The notes below the pieces were generated by a model, which saw nothing but the letters and a program-made list of their open reading frames with translations, was not told where the DNA came from and ran no database searches. The position numbers and the translations under genes were made by a program. A stretch of 64,000 nucleotides of DNA from Dehalococcoidia bacterium (GTDB lineage Bacteria; Chloroflexota; Dehalococcoidia; DSTF01; RBG-16-68-14), in contig JBBEBM010000004.1 in the NCBI GenBank assembly GCA_040882355.1, positions 112,482 through 176,481 on the forward strand. Direction: 5' to 3'. Positions 52,937 through 62,500 of this stretch are shown piece by piece. The first letter of the stretch is position 1, and every line of letters begins with the position of its first letter.

Positions 52937-55042
52937 GTGGCCCCATCCACATCGTTTCCGGGCAACGCCGCCTACTACACCCTATTCATCGGCTTCGTTT
53001 CGATGTTCATCTTCCTGGCGGGCACGCGGGCGGCTGTGATCCTGGGCGGGAAGTGGGAGAACCGGCTCGGCTCGCCGAGCGACATCTGGCAGCGGATCGT
53101 TACGTTCCCCAGCCTGGTGCTGGCGACGGGTCGAGTGAACCGGCCGCGGTACTGGTACGCCGGCCTCCTGCACACCATGATCTTCTGGGGCTTCATCGCG
53201 CTTCAGGTGCGCACGCTCAACTTCATCCTGGACGGCTTCAACGAGAACATCAGCCTCCAGAGCATCTTCGGCACGCTCTACGATCTCTTCCGCCCGATCA
53301 TGGACGCGTTCGACGTGCTGGTGATCATCGGTGTGGCGATGGCCGCGGCGCAACGCGCATTCGTCAAGCCGGCGCGGCTCACGCTGAACTGGGACGCCTG
53401 GTTCATCCTCTTCCTTATGTGGTTCCTGATGGTGAGCGACGTCCTCCTCCACAGTTTCGCGATCTACCTCGATCGCGGCGACCGCGACGCATTCTCGTTC
53501 TTCGCGTTCGGGCTCGCGAACTTGTGGGACAGCATCGGTATGAGCCGGGCGACGGCTGAGGCGCTGCACACCTGCTGGTGGTACCTCCACCTGCTGGACT
53601 TCCTGGTCTTCCTCTGCTACCTGCCGATCTCGAAGCACTCGCACATCCTGACAGCGCCGATCAACGTTCTCTTCCGCCGCCTCACGCCTACGGGCGTGCT
53701 CCAGACGATCCCGGACCTGGAGGAGCGGGAAGTCTTCGGCGTAGGCAAGGTGCAGGACTTCTCCTGGAAGCAGACCCTCGACTTCTACACCTGCACCGAG
53801 TGCGGGCGCTGCGAGATCAACTGTCCTGCGTTCATCAGCGGGAAGGACCTCTCGCCCAAGAAGATCATGCACGACATGCGCGCCGTGGCGGAGCAGGAGG
53901 CGCGTGAGCGCGTCGGCCTCGTCGCGCCCGGCGCGAACGGCGAGCCACTGAAGCTGATCGACGCCGTCGGCTTCAACGCGATCTGGGACTGCGTGAACTG
54001 CGGCGCCTGCCAGGAGCAGTGCCCTGTGTTCATCGAGCACATCCCCGCGCTGATGGACATGCGCCGCTATCTGGTGATGGACGAGGCGAACATGCCGGAG
54101 ACAGCCGCGAGCACGCTGATGCAGCTCGAACAGCGCGGCCATCCGTGGAAGGGCACGCCGCTTACCCGGACGTCGTGGATGGACGAGATGGAGTTCGAGA
54201 TCCCTCGCTTCGACGGTAAGCAGGAGTACCTGTTCTGGGTGGGCTGCACCGGCGCCCTCGTCGAGCGCAACGTGAAGGTGACGCAGTCAGTCGCGCGTCT
54301 GCTGCACGAGGCCGGAGTGAGCTTTGGCTGCCTGGGCGAAGAGGAGACCTGCACCGGCGACCCCGCCCGTCGCCTGGGCAACGAGTACCTCTATCAGATG
54401 CAGGCGACCCAAACGATCGAAGTGCTCCAGGGCAAGAAGGTGCAGAAGGTGCTCGCCACCTGCCCGCACTGCTTCAACGTGATGAAGAACGAGTACCGCC
54501 AGCTCGAAGGGTATTTCGAGGTCAAGCACCACACGGAGCTGCTGGCCGAGCTGATCGAGCAAGGCAAGCTCAAGGCCGACCACGAGCTCGCGGAGAAGAT
54601 CGCCTACCACGACTCGTGCTTCATGGGCCGCCACAACGGCGTCTACGACCCGCCCCGCCAGATCATCGAAGCGATTCCCGGCGCCGAGCTCGTCGAGTTG
54701 CCTCGCTGCAAGGAGAACGGCTTCTGCTGCGGGGCGGGCGGCTCGCACATGTGGGTGGAGGAGAGCAAGGGGCGCCGGATCAACCACCTGCGCACCGAAG
54801 AGGCGCAGGAGAGCGGCTGCAAGATGCTCGCCGCGAACTGCCCGTTCTGCATCCAGATGTTCGAGGACGGCATCCCGTCCGTCGAGCAGGACGAATCGAA
54901 GCGGATGAAGGCCTACGACATCGCTGAGCTGCTTGAGCAGGCCGTGATGGGCCCTAGGCCGACCAACGGCGCGAAGCCGTCCGGGCCGGAGCCCGTCGTC
55001 GCCGCCGCTGCCGACCCGCCTGCGGAAAGCGAAGGTTCATGA
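52937..55042 (+). CDS. Membrane-bound Fe-S oxidoreductase: NarI-like heme-b membrane domain fused to an HdrD/GlpC-like 2x[4Fe-4S] + CCG-domain module (EtfD-like)
   Basis: GTG start. About 5 TM helices N-terminally. CTECGRCEINCP and CVNCGACQEQCP ferredoxin motifs, then two CCG-type Cys clusters (CPHCFN ... CCGAGG ... CPFC). Confidence 0.8.
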   Translation: MAPSTSFPGNAAYYTLFIGFVSMFIFLAGTRAAVILGGKWENRLGSPSDIWQRIVTFPSLVLATGRVNRPRYWYAGLLHTMIFWGFIALQVRTLNFILDGFNENISLQSIFGTLYDLFRPIMDAFDVLVIIGVAMAAAQRAFVKPARLTLNWDAWFILFLMWFLMVSDVLLHSFAIYLDRGDRDAFSFFAFGLANLWDSIGMSRATAEALHTCWWYLHLLDFLVFLCYLPISKHSHILTAPINVLFRRLTPTGVLQTIPDLEEREVFGVGKVQDFSWKQTLDFYTCTECGRCEINCPAFISGKDLSPKKIMHDMRAVAEQEARERVGLVAPGANGEPLKLIDAVGFNAIWDCVNCGACQEQCPVFIEHIPALMDMRRYLVMDEANMPETAASTLMQLEQRGHPWKGTPLTRTSWMDEMEFEIPRFDGKQEYLFWVGCTGALVERNVKVTQSVARLLHEAGVSFGCLGEEETCTGDPARRLGNEYLYQMQATQTIEVLQGKKVQKVLATCPHCFNVMKNEYRQLEGYFEVKHHTELLAELIEQGKLKADHELAEKIAYHDSCFMGRHNGVYDPPRQIIEAIPGAELVELPRCKENGFCCGAGGSHMWVEESKGRRINHLRTEEAQESGCKMLAANCPFCIQMFEDGIPSVEQDESKRMKAYDIAELLEQAVMGPRPTNGAKPSGPEPVVAAAADPPAESEGS

Positions 55043-55158
55043 GCGGCGACGCTCCGCCCGAGCCCGGCCAGCCGCCAGCGGTTGTCCTCTATCTGCTTTA
55101 CGCCTTCTTCGTCATCGTGCTGATCGCGGTGCTCGCCGTCGTCGCGGCGTACGCGTAG
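55039..55158 (+). CDS. Putative 39-aa single-TM micro-protein, translationally coupled to the Fe-S oxidoreductase
   Basis: Its ATG overlaps the TGA of the upstream gene (ATGA). Encodes MSGDAPPEPGQPPAVVLYLLYAFFVIVLIAVLAVVAAYA. Confidence 0.4.
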   Translation: MSGDAPPEPGQPPAVVLYLLYAFFVIVLIAVLAVVAAYA

Positions 55159-55201
55159 CATCAGCCGACTTACACGACCGGCCGTGCTATAATCGCGGCG
55201 G

Positions 55202-55825
55202 ATGGTCTCCGCCTCACAAACGGCCGCGCACGATTCGACTGCTGACGCGCCGCCCGCGACGGCCGCCCGGCCCATCGCGCGCCTCAACGCCCGCATCTCC
55301 GCCTACCTGGCCGACTCCGTGATCCTGGTCGCGTTCATCCTCGTCTTCTTCGTGCTCGCGGGCGCCGAGCTGCTCGTGGCCAACAGCCGCTCTGATGGCG
55401 ACCCGCCCGACTCCGCGTTCTACGCGTTCGTCGCCATCTTCCTCGGCGGGGTGCTGCTTTCGTGGACACTTGTCAACCTGGCGCTCGTGCGCTGGCGCGG
55501 CCAGACGGCGGGGATGTACGTGATCGGCATCAAGGTCGTCCCAAGCGAGGGCCAGCGGCTGACCACCGGCCAGCTCCTCGCGCGCTGGTTTGGGCTCCAT
55601 CCGCTCCTCTTCCACCCGCTGCTGCTGCCGCTCTGGGCGCTCCTGTCGCTGCTGCTTGTCTCGCTCATCGTGAGCCAGCTCGTGCTCGTAGTGACGGTCG
55701 CTCTCGTCCTGCTCTGCGTCGTCTCGCCTGCCGCGAACCTGGCCCTGCTGATCACCGACCCGGAGCGACGCGCCCTGCACGACCGGCTGGCCCGCACGGT
55801 CGTCATCCACCTCGAACAGCCGTGA
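55202..55825 (+). CDS. RDD family membrane protein
   Basis: 207 aa. The RDD-domain pattern (ADSVILVAF..., R...D.LA.T.V) with 3 TM segments. Confidence 0.7.
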   Translation: MVSASQTAAHDSTADAPPATAARPIARLNARISAYLADSVILVAFILVFFVLAGAELLVANSRSDGDPPDSAFYAFVAIFLGGVLLSWTLVNLALVRWRGQTAGMYVIGIKVVPSEGQRLTTGQLLARWFGLHPLLFHPLLLPLWALLSLLLVSLIVSQLVLVVTVALVLLCVVSPAANLALLITDPERRALHDRLARTVVIHLEQP

Positions 55826-56661
55826 GCCAGGTCGAACGCGACCCCTACGCCGACCTGCCGATGCTGGAGCCTCCGCGCTCCTCGTGGCGGGGCGTCGCCG
55901 TTTGGGTGCTGGGCGTGCTGTTGCTGCTGGACATCGGCGCGCTGCTGTTCGCGCTGTCGTTCGCGAATGTGACGGCCGAGGGGCCGGCCAAGCGCACCCT
56001 TCGCAACAGCGCCGCGATCTTGACCGAGGTCGACGCCTACCTGGACGACCAGTACGATTCGCTGCGCCAGCAGGCGGAGCAGCAGCCGGACCGCCCGCTC
56101 ACGCCGCCCGATTACCCGATCGCGGTCACGTTCACAGCAGACGAGGTGCTCGCGAGCGACCGCGAGGAGTTCCGCGGCATGCTACTCGATCGCTCCGCGG
56201 ATGCCCTCTACGCGGAAGGGACGGACGCGATCGTGAGCGAGAACGACAACGACTCTGACTTTTCGACGCAGGCTGCCGTTCGCGACGGCATGAACGTGCT
56301 CCGGGAGCGGCAGCACGATGGGCTCACTGTCGCGACGATCGTTCTCGCCGCTGGCGCTGGTGTCCTGGCGTTGGGCCTGCTGCTCATCGCGCGCGGATAC
56401 GCCGGGCTGCTGGGTCTGGGCATCGGCGTCTTTCTGGGGTCGCTGCCGTTCCTCGTCCTTGCCATCGCGGTGCGCTTCGCGTTCCGGCTTGCTGCGGACG
56501 CCACGGGCGATTCGTTTGTGGAGGAGTACCTGAAGCTGGGGCAGGAGCTGACCTGGGCCCCCATCCGCAACGGGATCGTCTTCACTGTGGGGAGCGCCGC
56601 CGTGATCGTCATGGGGGCCGCGTTAGCCCGCTGGGGTCGAACGGCCGGTCGCGCGTACTAG
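55822..56661 (+). CDS. Hypothetical membrane protein
   Basis: Its GTG start overlaps the RDD-gene stop (GTGA). About 4 hydrophobic helices. The track shows it as part of a longer overlapping ORF. Confidence 0.45.
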   Translation: MSQVERDPYADLPMLEPPRSSWRGVAVWVLGVLLLLDIGALLFALSFANVTAEGPAKRTLRNSAAILTEVDAYLDDQYDSLRQQAEQQPDRPLTPPDYPIAVTFTADEVLASDREEFRGMLLDRSADALYAEGTDAIVSENDNDSDFSTQAAVRDGMNVLRERQHDGLTVATIVLAAGAGVLALGLLLIARGYAGLLGLGIGVFLGSLPFLVLAIAVRFAFRLAADATGDSFVEEYLKLGQELTWAPIRNGIVFTVGSAAVIVMGAALARWGRTAGRAY

Positions 56662-57203
56662 GCGCGCTTCTTCCTCTGCTTGCGCTTGGGTCGCACGACC
56701 AGCACGGGGGCGACGCCGCTGCGCACGACCTCTGCGGTGACACTGCCGTGAAGCGTCTCGCTGAGGCCGGAGCGGCCGTGCGTGGCCATCGCGATCAGGT
56801 CGAAGCGCTCCTTCTTCGCGAAGGCGACGATCTCCGCCGCAGGGTTCCCGAAGTGGACGGCGGCGTGAACGGGCCGGCCTGTCTTCAAGAGCACCTTCCC
56901 CACGTTGTCGAGGTACCCGAGCAGCTCGTCTTCTCGTCGCGCGATCGCCTGGCCCTTCGACTCGGCGTAGGCAGGCGGGGCAGCGGGTAGCACGCCGGGC
57001 GAGATGCCGCCGGGCGCGGCGATGCCCCCAAGGGGCAGCGCCTGCCTCAGGCCGGGCCGCCGTCGGCGCGTGGCTTGCGGCTCCTCACCGGCGATGAAGA
57101 GCGTCACGTCCGCCGTGGTACCGGCCAGCAGCTCGGCGACGACCGGCAGCACCTCTTCAGAGAGGTCTGAGCCATCGACGGGCACGAGCACCTTCTTGAA
57201 CAC
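56658..57203 (-). CDS. Universal stress protein (UspA family)
   Basis: KKVLVPVDGS at the N-terminus and the ATP-binding motif region ending ...ATHGRSG....LGSV...V......PVLVV. Confidence 0.8.
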   Translation of the reverse strand: MFKKVLVPVDGSDLSEEVLPVVAELLAGTTADVTLFIAGEEPQATRRRRPGLRQALPLGGIAAPGGISPGVLPAAPPAYAESKGQAIARREDELLGYLDNVGKVLLKTGRPVHAAVHFGNPAAEIVAFAKKERFDLIAMATHGRSGLSETLHGSVTAEVVRSGVAPVLVVRPKRKQRKKRA

Positions 57204-57395
57204 GCGGTGCCTCCTTCCTTCGAGCCGGCCACCGCAGGGATGCGTCAGCCGTCCCGAGCAGATACTACATCAGCCGGACAAGCAAGGCCAGCGACCTGGG
57301 TGCTCTCGACCCACGCAGGGCGCTGGAGTAAGCTAGGCCCAAACTGGTGGCCGGGGACCATCGAGCCGATAGTGACACATTCCGAGCGACGCTTC

Positions 57396-58406
57396 ATGCT
57401 GCTGCTGGCCTGCGCGCTCGCCGCCGTTGCGGCGCTGGGCGCGCTTGCCGATCGCGGCCTCGAGAGCCAGGATGCGCGCGCATCCGACGTGGCCGCCGTG
57501 TCCGAGGCGCCGGGCAATGCGTCGCGCGGCGGGGACCGGGCGGCGCTGCCCGCGGGGCATCCATTCTCTCAGGCGCGCCTCATCGCGCCGCTCGGCGAAC
57601 GACTGCCTCGTCTCGCCGCCCTGCTTGTGCCGGAAGCGCCGCTACTGGAGGAGGCACAGATCGTCAGCTACTACGGCAATCCGTACACGGCAGATCTCGG
57701 CGTGCTGGGCGCGGCTGACCTTGACACGGTCACCGCTCAGCTCGAGGCGCAGGCGACCCGCTACGATCAGCTCAACGGCGAAACGCGCGTCATCCCTGCG
57801 CTCCATCTGGTGTACGCGGTCGCGCAGGGTCAGCCCACGCCGAATGGCCGCTTCCTTCAGTACACGGACGAGGCCACGGTCGACCGCTTCATCGCGTTCA
57901 CACGAGAGCGGGGGCTGCTGCTCTTCCTGGACCTGCAGATCGGCCACGGCGCTATCGATGAAGAGTTGCGGCAGGTGCTCCCCTACCTGCGCAACCCTCA
58001 GGTTCACCTCGCGCTCGATCCGGAGTTCGCGATGGCGCCGGGTCAGGTGCCCGGCGTGGATCTCGGCAGCCTGCCCGCCGCCGACATCAATCGCGCGCAG
58101 GAGGTGCTCCGCGACCTTGTTCGAGAGGAGCGCCTTCCGCCCAAGCTGCTCATCGTGCACCAGTTCACCGACAGTATGGTGCCCGACGGTTGGGCGATTC
58201 AACGGTACGCGAACGTGGAGCTGATCATCGATATGGACGGCTTCGGCCCGGCCGCCATCAAGCGCGTCACGTACCTGCGCTACGCGCTACGTCCGTACGC
58301 GACGAACGCCGCGCTCAAGCTCTTCTTCCAGTACGACCCGGACCTGATGTCGGAGGAGGAGGTGCTCTCACTGGAGCCGCGGCCCAGGGTGATTATCTAT
58401 CAGTAG
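57396..58406 (+). CDS. Hypothetical secreted protein
   Basis: Internal start with signal peptide MLLLACALAAVAALGALA. No motif recognised. Confidence 0.45.
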   Translation: MLLLACALAAVAALGALADRGLESQDARASDVAAVSEAPGNASRGGDRAALPAGHPFSQARLIAPLGERLPRLAALLVPEAPLLEEAQIVSYYGNPYTADLGVLGAADLDTVTAQLEAQATRYDQLNGETRVIPALHLVYAVAQGQPTPNGRFLQYTDEATVDRFIAFTRERGLLLFLDLQIGHGAIDEELRQVLPYLRNPQVHLALDPEFAMAPGQVPGVDLGSLPAADINRAQEVLRDLVREERLPPKLLIVHQFTDSMVPDGWAIQRYANVELIIDMDGFGPAAIKRVTYLRYALRPYATNAALKLFFQYDPDLMSEEEVLSLEPRPRVIIYQ

Positions 58407-59388
58407 GAGCCGGGGTCGCGGGCTGTTCCTCGCGCGCCTCTTCAGACGGCTCGACGATGGCAGGCGCGCTGCTAGCGCGGTGGGGCGATCTGGAGATGCT
58501 GCTCATCCCCAGCGCCGCTTCATGCAAGCGTAGCTCGGCGGCCAGGGCCCGCTGCTCTGCCGCGGTGCGGAGGGCCTCGTCGGCCTGCTCCGCTTCCTCC
58601 AGGCGGGAGAGCTGCCGCTCGCACTCCAGGAAGCGCTGGCTGAGGAAGGCGTACCGCGTCACGGCGCGGACGTCGGCCGGGCCCAGGTGGGGGCATTGCT
58701 CGTAGACTTGGTAGACGAGCTTGCGCACGCCGCGCGCTGTCCCGCGCGGGATCAGCACCTCACCCAGGTTCTCCGGCCGCGCGATCTGACGCGGCACGCG
58801 CGTCGCCTTTAGGTCGACAGGGAGCTCCGCGTCATCCGACGGCAGCGGCATGCCGGCGAAGACGAGGCCGAGCACCATCAGCGCCAGCACGAGGCCCGTG
58901 TGCGCTCCCTCGATCAGCGCGATCACGCCCAGAACAACGACGACGAACGCGGCAACGATCTTGCGCCACGGCAGCGTCTGCAGGTCCGGCAGGTCGATGC
59001 TCGGCAGGGCGGGCGCCGATGTCTCCGTGGACGCCTCGGTGCCCTGGCGCCACTTGGCCCGGTCTGCCGCGATGGTCATGATGGACGAGAGCATGGCCTT
59101 CGGCTGCGGATCGTCGCACTCCGGTTGGGCGATGCCTGTGCGTCGGAAGTCGTACTCCCGCCGCAGCACGGGCGAGCCGAGGACGCCGTACGCTTCGTTC
59201 AGCTCGTCGAGCGCTTCCTTTGCTTCCGGGTCGTGCCGCAGGGCGGCGTTGTATCGACGGGCCAGGTACCAGTAGGCCTGCTCCACGGCGGCCGCGTCAG
59301 CGCCCGATTGGAGGCGCAGGACTTGATAGAAGTCCTTGCTCCAGCCTTCCGGCCCGCTGGCCTGCATTGTAGCGCTCTGCGCGTCCAT
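58393..59388 (-). CDS. J-domain (DnaJ-like) membrane protein
   Basis: DFYQVLRLQSGADAAAVEQAYWYLARRYNAALRHDPEAKEALDELNEAYGVL resembles a J domain (with RHD in place of HPD). It is followed by two TM helices and a C-terminal coiled region. Confidence 0.55.
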   Translation of the reverse strand: MDAQSATMQASGPEGWSKDFYQVLRLQSGADAAAVEQAYWYLARRYNAALRHDPEAKEALDELNEAYGVLGSPVLRREYDFRRTGIAQPECDDPQPKAMLSSIMTIAADRAKWRQGTEASTETSAPALPSIDLPDLQTLPWRKIVAAFVVVVLGVIALIEGAHTGLVLALMVLGLVFAGMPLPSDDAELPVDLKATRVPRQIARPENLGEVLIPRGTARGVRKLVYQVYEQCPHLGPADVRAVTRYAFLSQRFLECERQLSRLEEAEQADEALRTAAEQRALAAELRLHEAALGMSSISRSPHRASSAPAIVEPSEEAREEQPATPAPTDR

Positions 59389-59536
59389 TCGTTCCAAAGC
59401 CTCACTACTAGTAACGGCCAGAAGCGCGGCGATCTGTCGTCCGGATGATTGACATAACTGTACGAGAGCGGGGCCCCACAACCCATGAGGAAGCTGTGGG
59501 GCCCCGCAAGCAGCCAGCACGGGCTGCTACGGTGGC

Positions 59537-62500
59537 TTACATGCAGTTGTGCCCGAACTGCCCGACCACGGCGCCGATATCGCCGATGGAGATGGTCCCG
59601 TTCGGCGGCAGCAGGTCCCAAGCATCACCGCCCGGGATGCTGCCGTTGCGGTCGGCGCTAGTGTGGTAACCGCTCACAGAGGCCGGTGCGGTAAGGGGGT
59701 TGCCGTTGACGTCGCCGCTGGCCCCGTAGCGCCCAACCACCGCCCCAACGTCGCCGATTCCCACGATCTTGTCGCGTGTGAAGGGCGCGCCCGTGAACTG
59801 GTCCATCACGTCCCAGAAGTTGAGCGGGTCCCGGCGGCCGCCCTGCGCCTGATCGGTGCCCGCTTCGCGTTGATTCGAGCAGCCGTCCAGGTCCAGGTCC
59901 TGCGGCCCGTCCTGCGTGCCGTTATCGTCGGTGTCCGGGTCGGTCGGATCCGTGCCGGAGAGGAACTCGCCGAAGAGCGTCAGGCCGTCGGCGTCCGCAT
60001 CGCTCGTCGGGCTTGGGCTGTTCGAGCCGAAGTACCAGCGTTCGAAGCCGTCCAGAACACCGTCGTTGTCAACGTCGCCGTCGGGATCGGTCGCCAGGTC
60101 CTCCCCGACGTGGAGCATCGGCACGAAGCGCCAGTCGCGCCAGGTAGAGTGGAGGCTGCTGTCGTTGCGGTCCGGGAAGCCGGCGGCGTCGATGAAGCCG
60201 CTCTGGCCAAGCGGGAAGATGAACTCGCCCAGCACCGTGGGGCCGACCTCGACGTTCTGTTCCCAGATGCCGCGGTTACCGGACGGCGTTGGAGGGAAGA
60301 CGAGGTGCGCGAAGAGCGCCGAGAGCGGGTGCGCGTACGTCGAGTTCGGGCGCGAGCCGTCAGCCGGCAGCCCGCCGCCGAAATCGCTGATCGTCTGGGC
60401 GAGCGAGTCGCGCGCGACGACGCGCCAGTCGGTGCCGTTGAAGTAATCGCCTGCATATGCCTGACCGTACGAGCCGGACGGCCCGCCGGCGGCGGAGTCG
60501 ATGGCGTGCTGCACCAGGTCGAGTCCTGCGGTGCCGGTGCGCGGCGGAATGCCGGTGCCCGACAGCTCGTCGGCGTAGATGTTGTTCGATAGCTTGGTGA
60601 TCAGCGCGTTGAGGAACGCGACCTCCCCCTCCATCGTCGTAGCAGTAACGGGGTCGATGTAGTTCCGTCCGAAGAACGGGCTGCCGTTGTGGGTCTCGAG
60701 CGCCGCCAGCACGGTATCGACAGCCGGATTGCCGCCGTTGCCGACGCCGTCGACAGCGAGCCGCAGCCGCGGGATGAGGAACTGCCCGAAGCGGCCCTTG
60801 CCGTCCAGGCCGGCCACGTCCTTGTTGAGCTGGCGCACGTCGTCGCGCGTGACGGAGAGGTCCGCGGCTAGCCGCTCCAGGATGAACGTGACGCGGTGCT
60901 GCCGGCCGAACGGACCGGGGTCCAGCGTGGCGGCCTTGTTGTTCCAGTTCGCGGTATAGCCCTGCGACGGGTTGATCGCCTCCGGCATCGCCACGATCTC
61001 GTAGACCTCGAACAGGTCGCCGGCCGAGGGCGTGACGCCCCAGTCCTCTTCCAGCGTGAGCGTATCGTCCGTGTTGCTGGCGATGCGGCGTGTCTGCCGG
61101 TAGCCGTCGCCGCCCGTAATGGTGACGATGTACTCGCTACCGAGCTGGCTGGGGTCGTCGAGGCGGTAGTTGTAGGGCGGCGGAGACAAGTCCTCCCCTG
61201 TGAACGAGCCCGTGCTGGTCAGTATATCCGTACCGGCGCTGCCGACGGTCCCGCTCAGGAAGACGAGCTCGTTCGGCTGCGTGCCGTCCATGGGGAGGCG
61301 CGTGTCCGTGGCAGGCGCACCCTGCCGCATACGGAAGAAGCCGGACGACCAGTACCCGGTGTTGCCGTTCCCCGTGGCCGGGGCGATATCGGTGCCGATA
61401 CCGTTGAAGGCGTTGTTGTCCGCGGCCAGGAAGTTGTGCGTACTCGGCATCAAGCGCACACCGCGCCGGATGTCCAGGACGCTCTCGGCGCGCTGGAAGT
61501 ACGAGAAGCCGAGCGCGGAAGTCGATTCCTCCAGCCAGAAGCCGCGCTCCTGTGAGATGGCGATGATGTCGCTTCCGGCGCGCGCCGCGACGTATTGTGA
61601 CGTGTTGTCGGGCGTTATGGTCCAGGCGTCGCCCGCGTCGAGCGTCAGCGTGTTGGTGGTACTCGAGAGGATCGGGCGCATCTGGCCGGCGCCGGTGCCG
61701 CCCGTGATCGCCACGTATCCGGCCGAGTAGTCGCCCGTGAAGGCGCTCGCGTCAGTGAGCGAGTCCGAGGCCGCGCTGTCCGTAGTGCCGGTCTTGTCGC
61801 CCTGGAAGGCGGGCACGGTGCGTGAACCCTTGTTGCTGGCGCGTTCGTGCGTGCGCCAGACGACGATCGAACCCGGCGGCGTGCCCTGGATCAGCTCCAG
61901 CCGCTTGTTCATAAGGGCCGGCGTGCCCTCATCGTTGTAGCGAAGGGTGTCCGTCTCTTCGAGGATGAGCTGATCGAGGTACGTGTCGTTGTTCTTGAGG
62001 GCGGCGGTCGTGGTGGTGAACGCCACGTCGTCCGTCTGGCCGATGAGGATCAGGGGCGCCCCGATGAACTCCATTCCGATGCCCTGGATGCGGTGGTCGC
62101 TGCCCTCCGCGCTCCGGTTCTCCACGAAGTGCATGATCGAGGGTGTCTGGATCCCGGTCTGCGGGAAGCCGCCGATCCACGGGTTGCCGGTCGCCGAGCG
62201 CTCGCCATCGACCATCCACGCGTAGCTGCCGAGCTTCGGCCATGCGCCGAGCCGCTTCGCAAGCTCCTCGCGATGAGCGTGCTGCTCCCGGATCGGGTCA
62301 AGCGCCTCATCGAAGTCGTACGCCGGGAACTGCGAGAGGAACTCTCGCAGACTGTCCGAGCCCTGGCGCTGGGCGAGCGGACCGCCGAAGCCCGGCGTCG
62401 TCGGGTCGGGCACGGAGACGGGAGCGAGCGGGTCGACCAGGAAGTTGAGGTCGTCCCAGATCTCGTCGCCGTCCGAGGGGAACTTGTCGAGCAGGCTATT

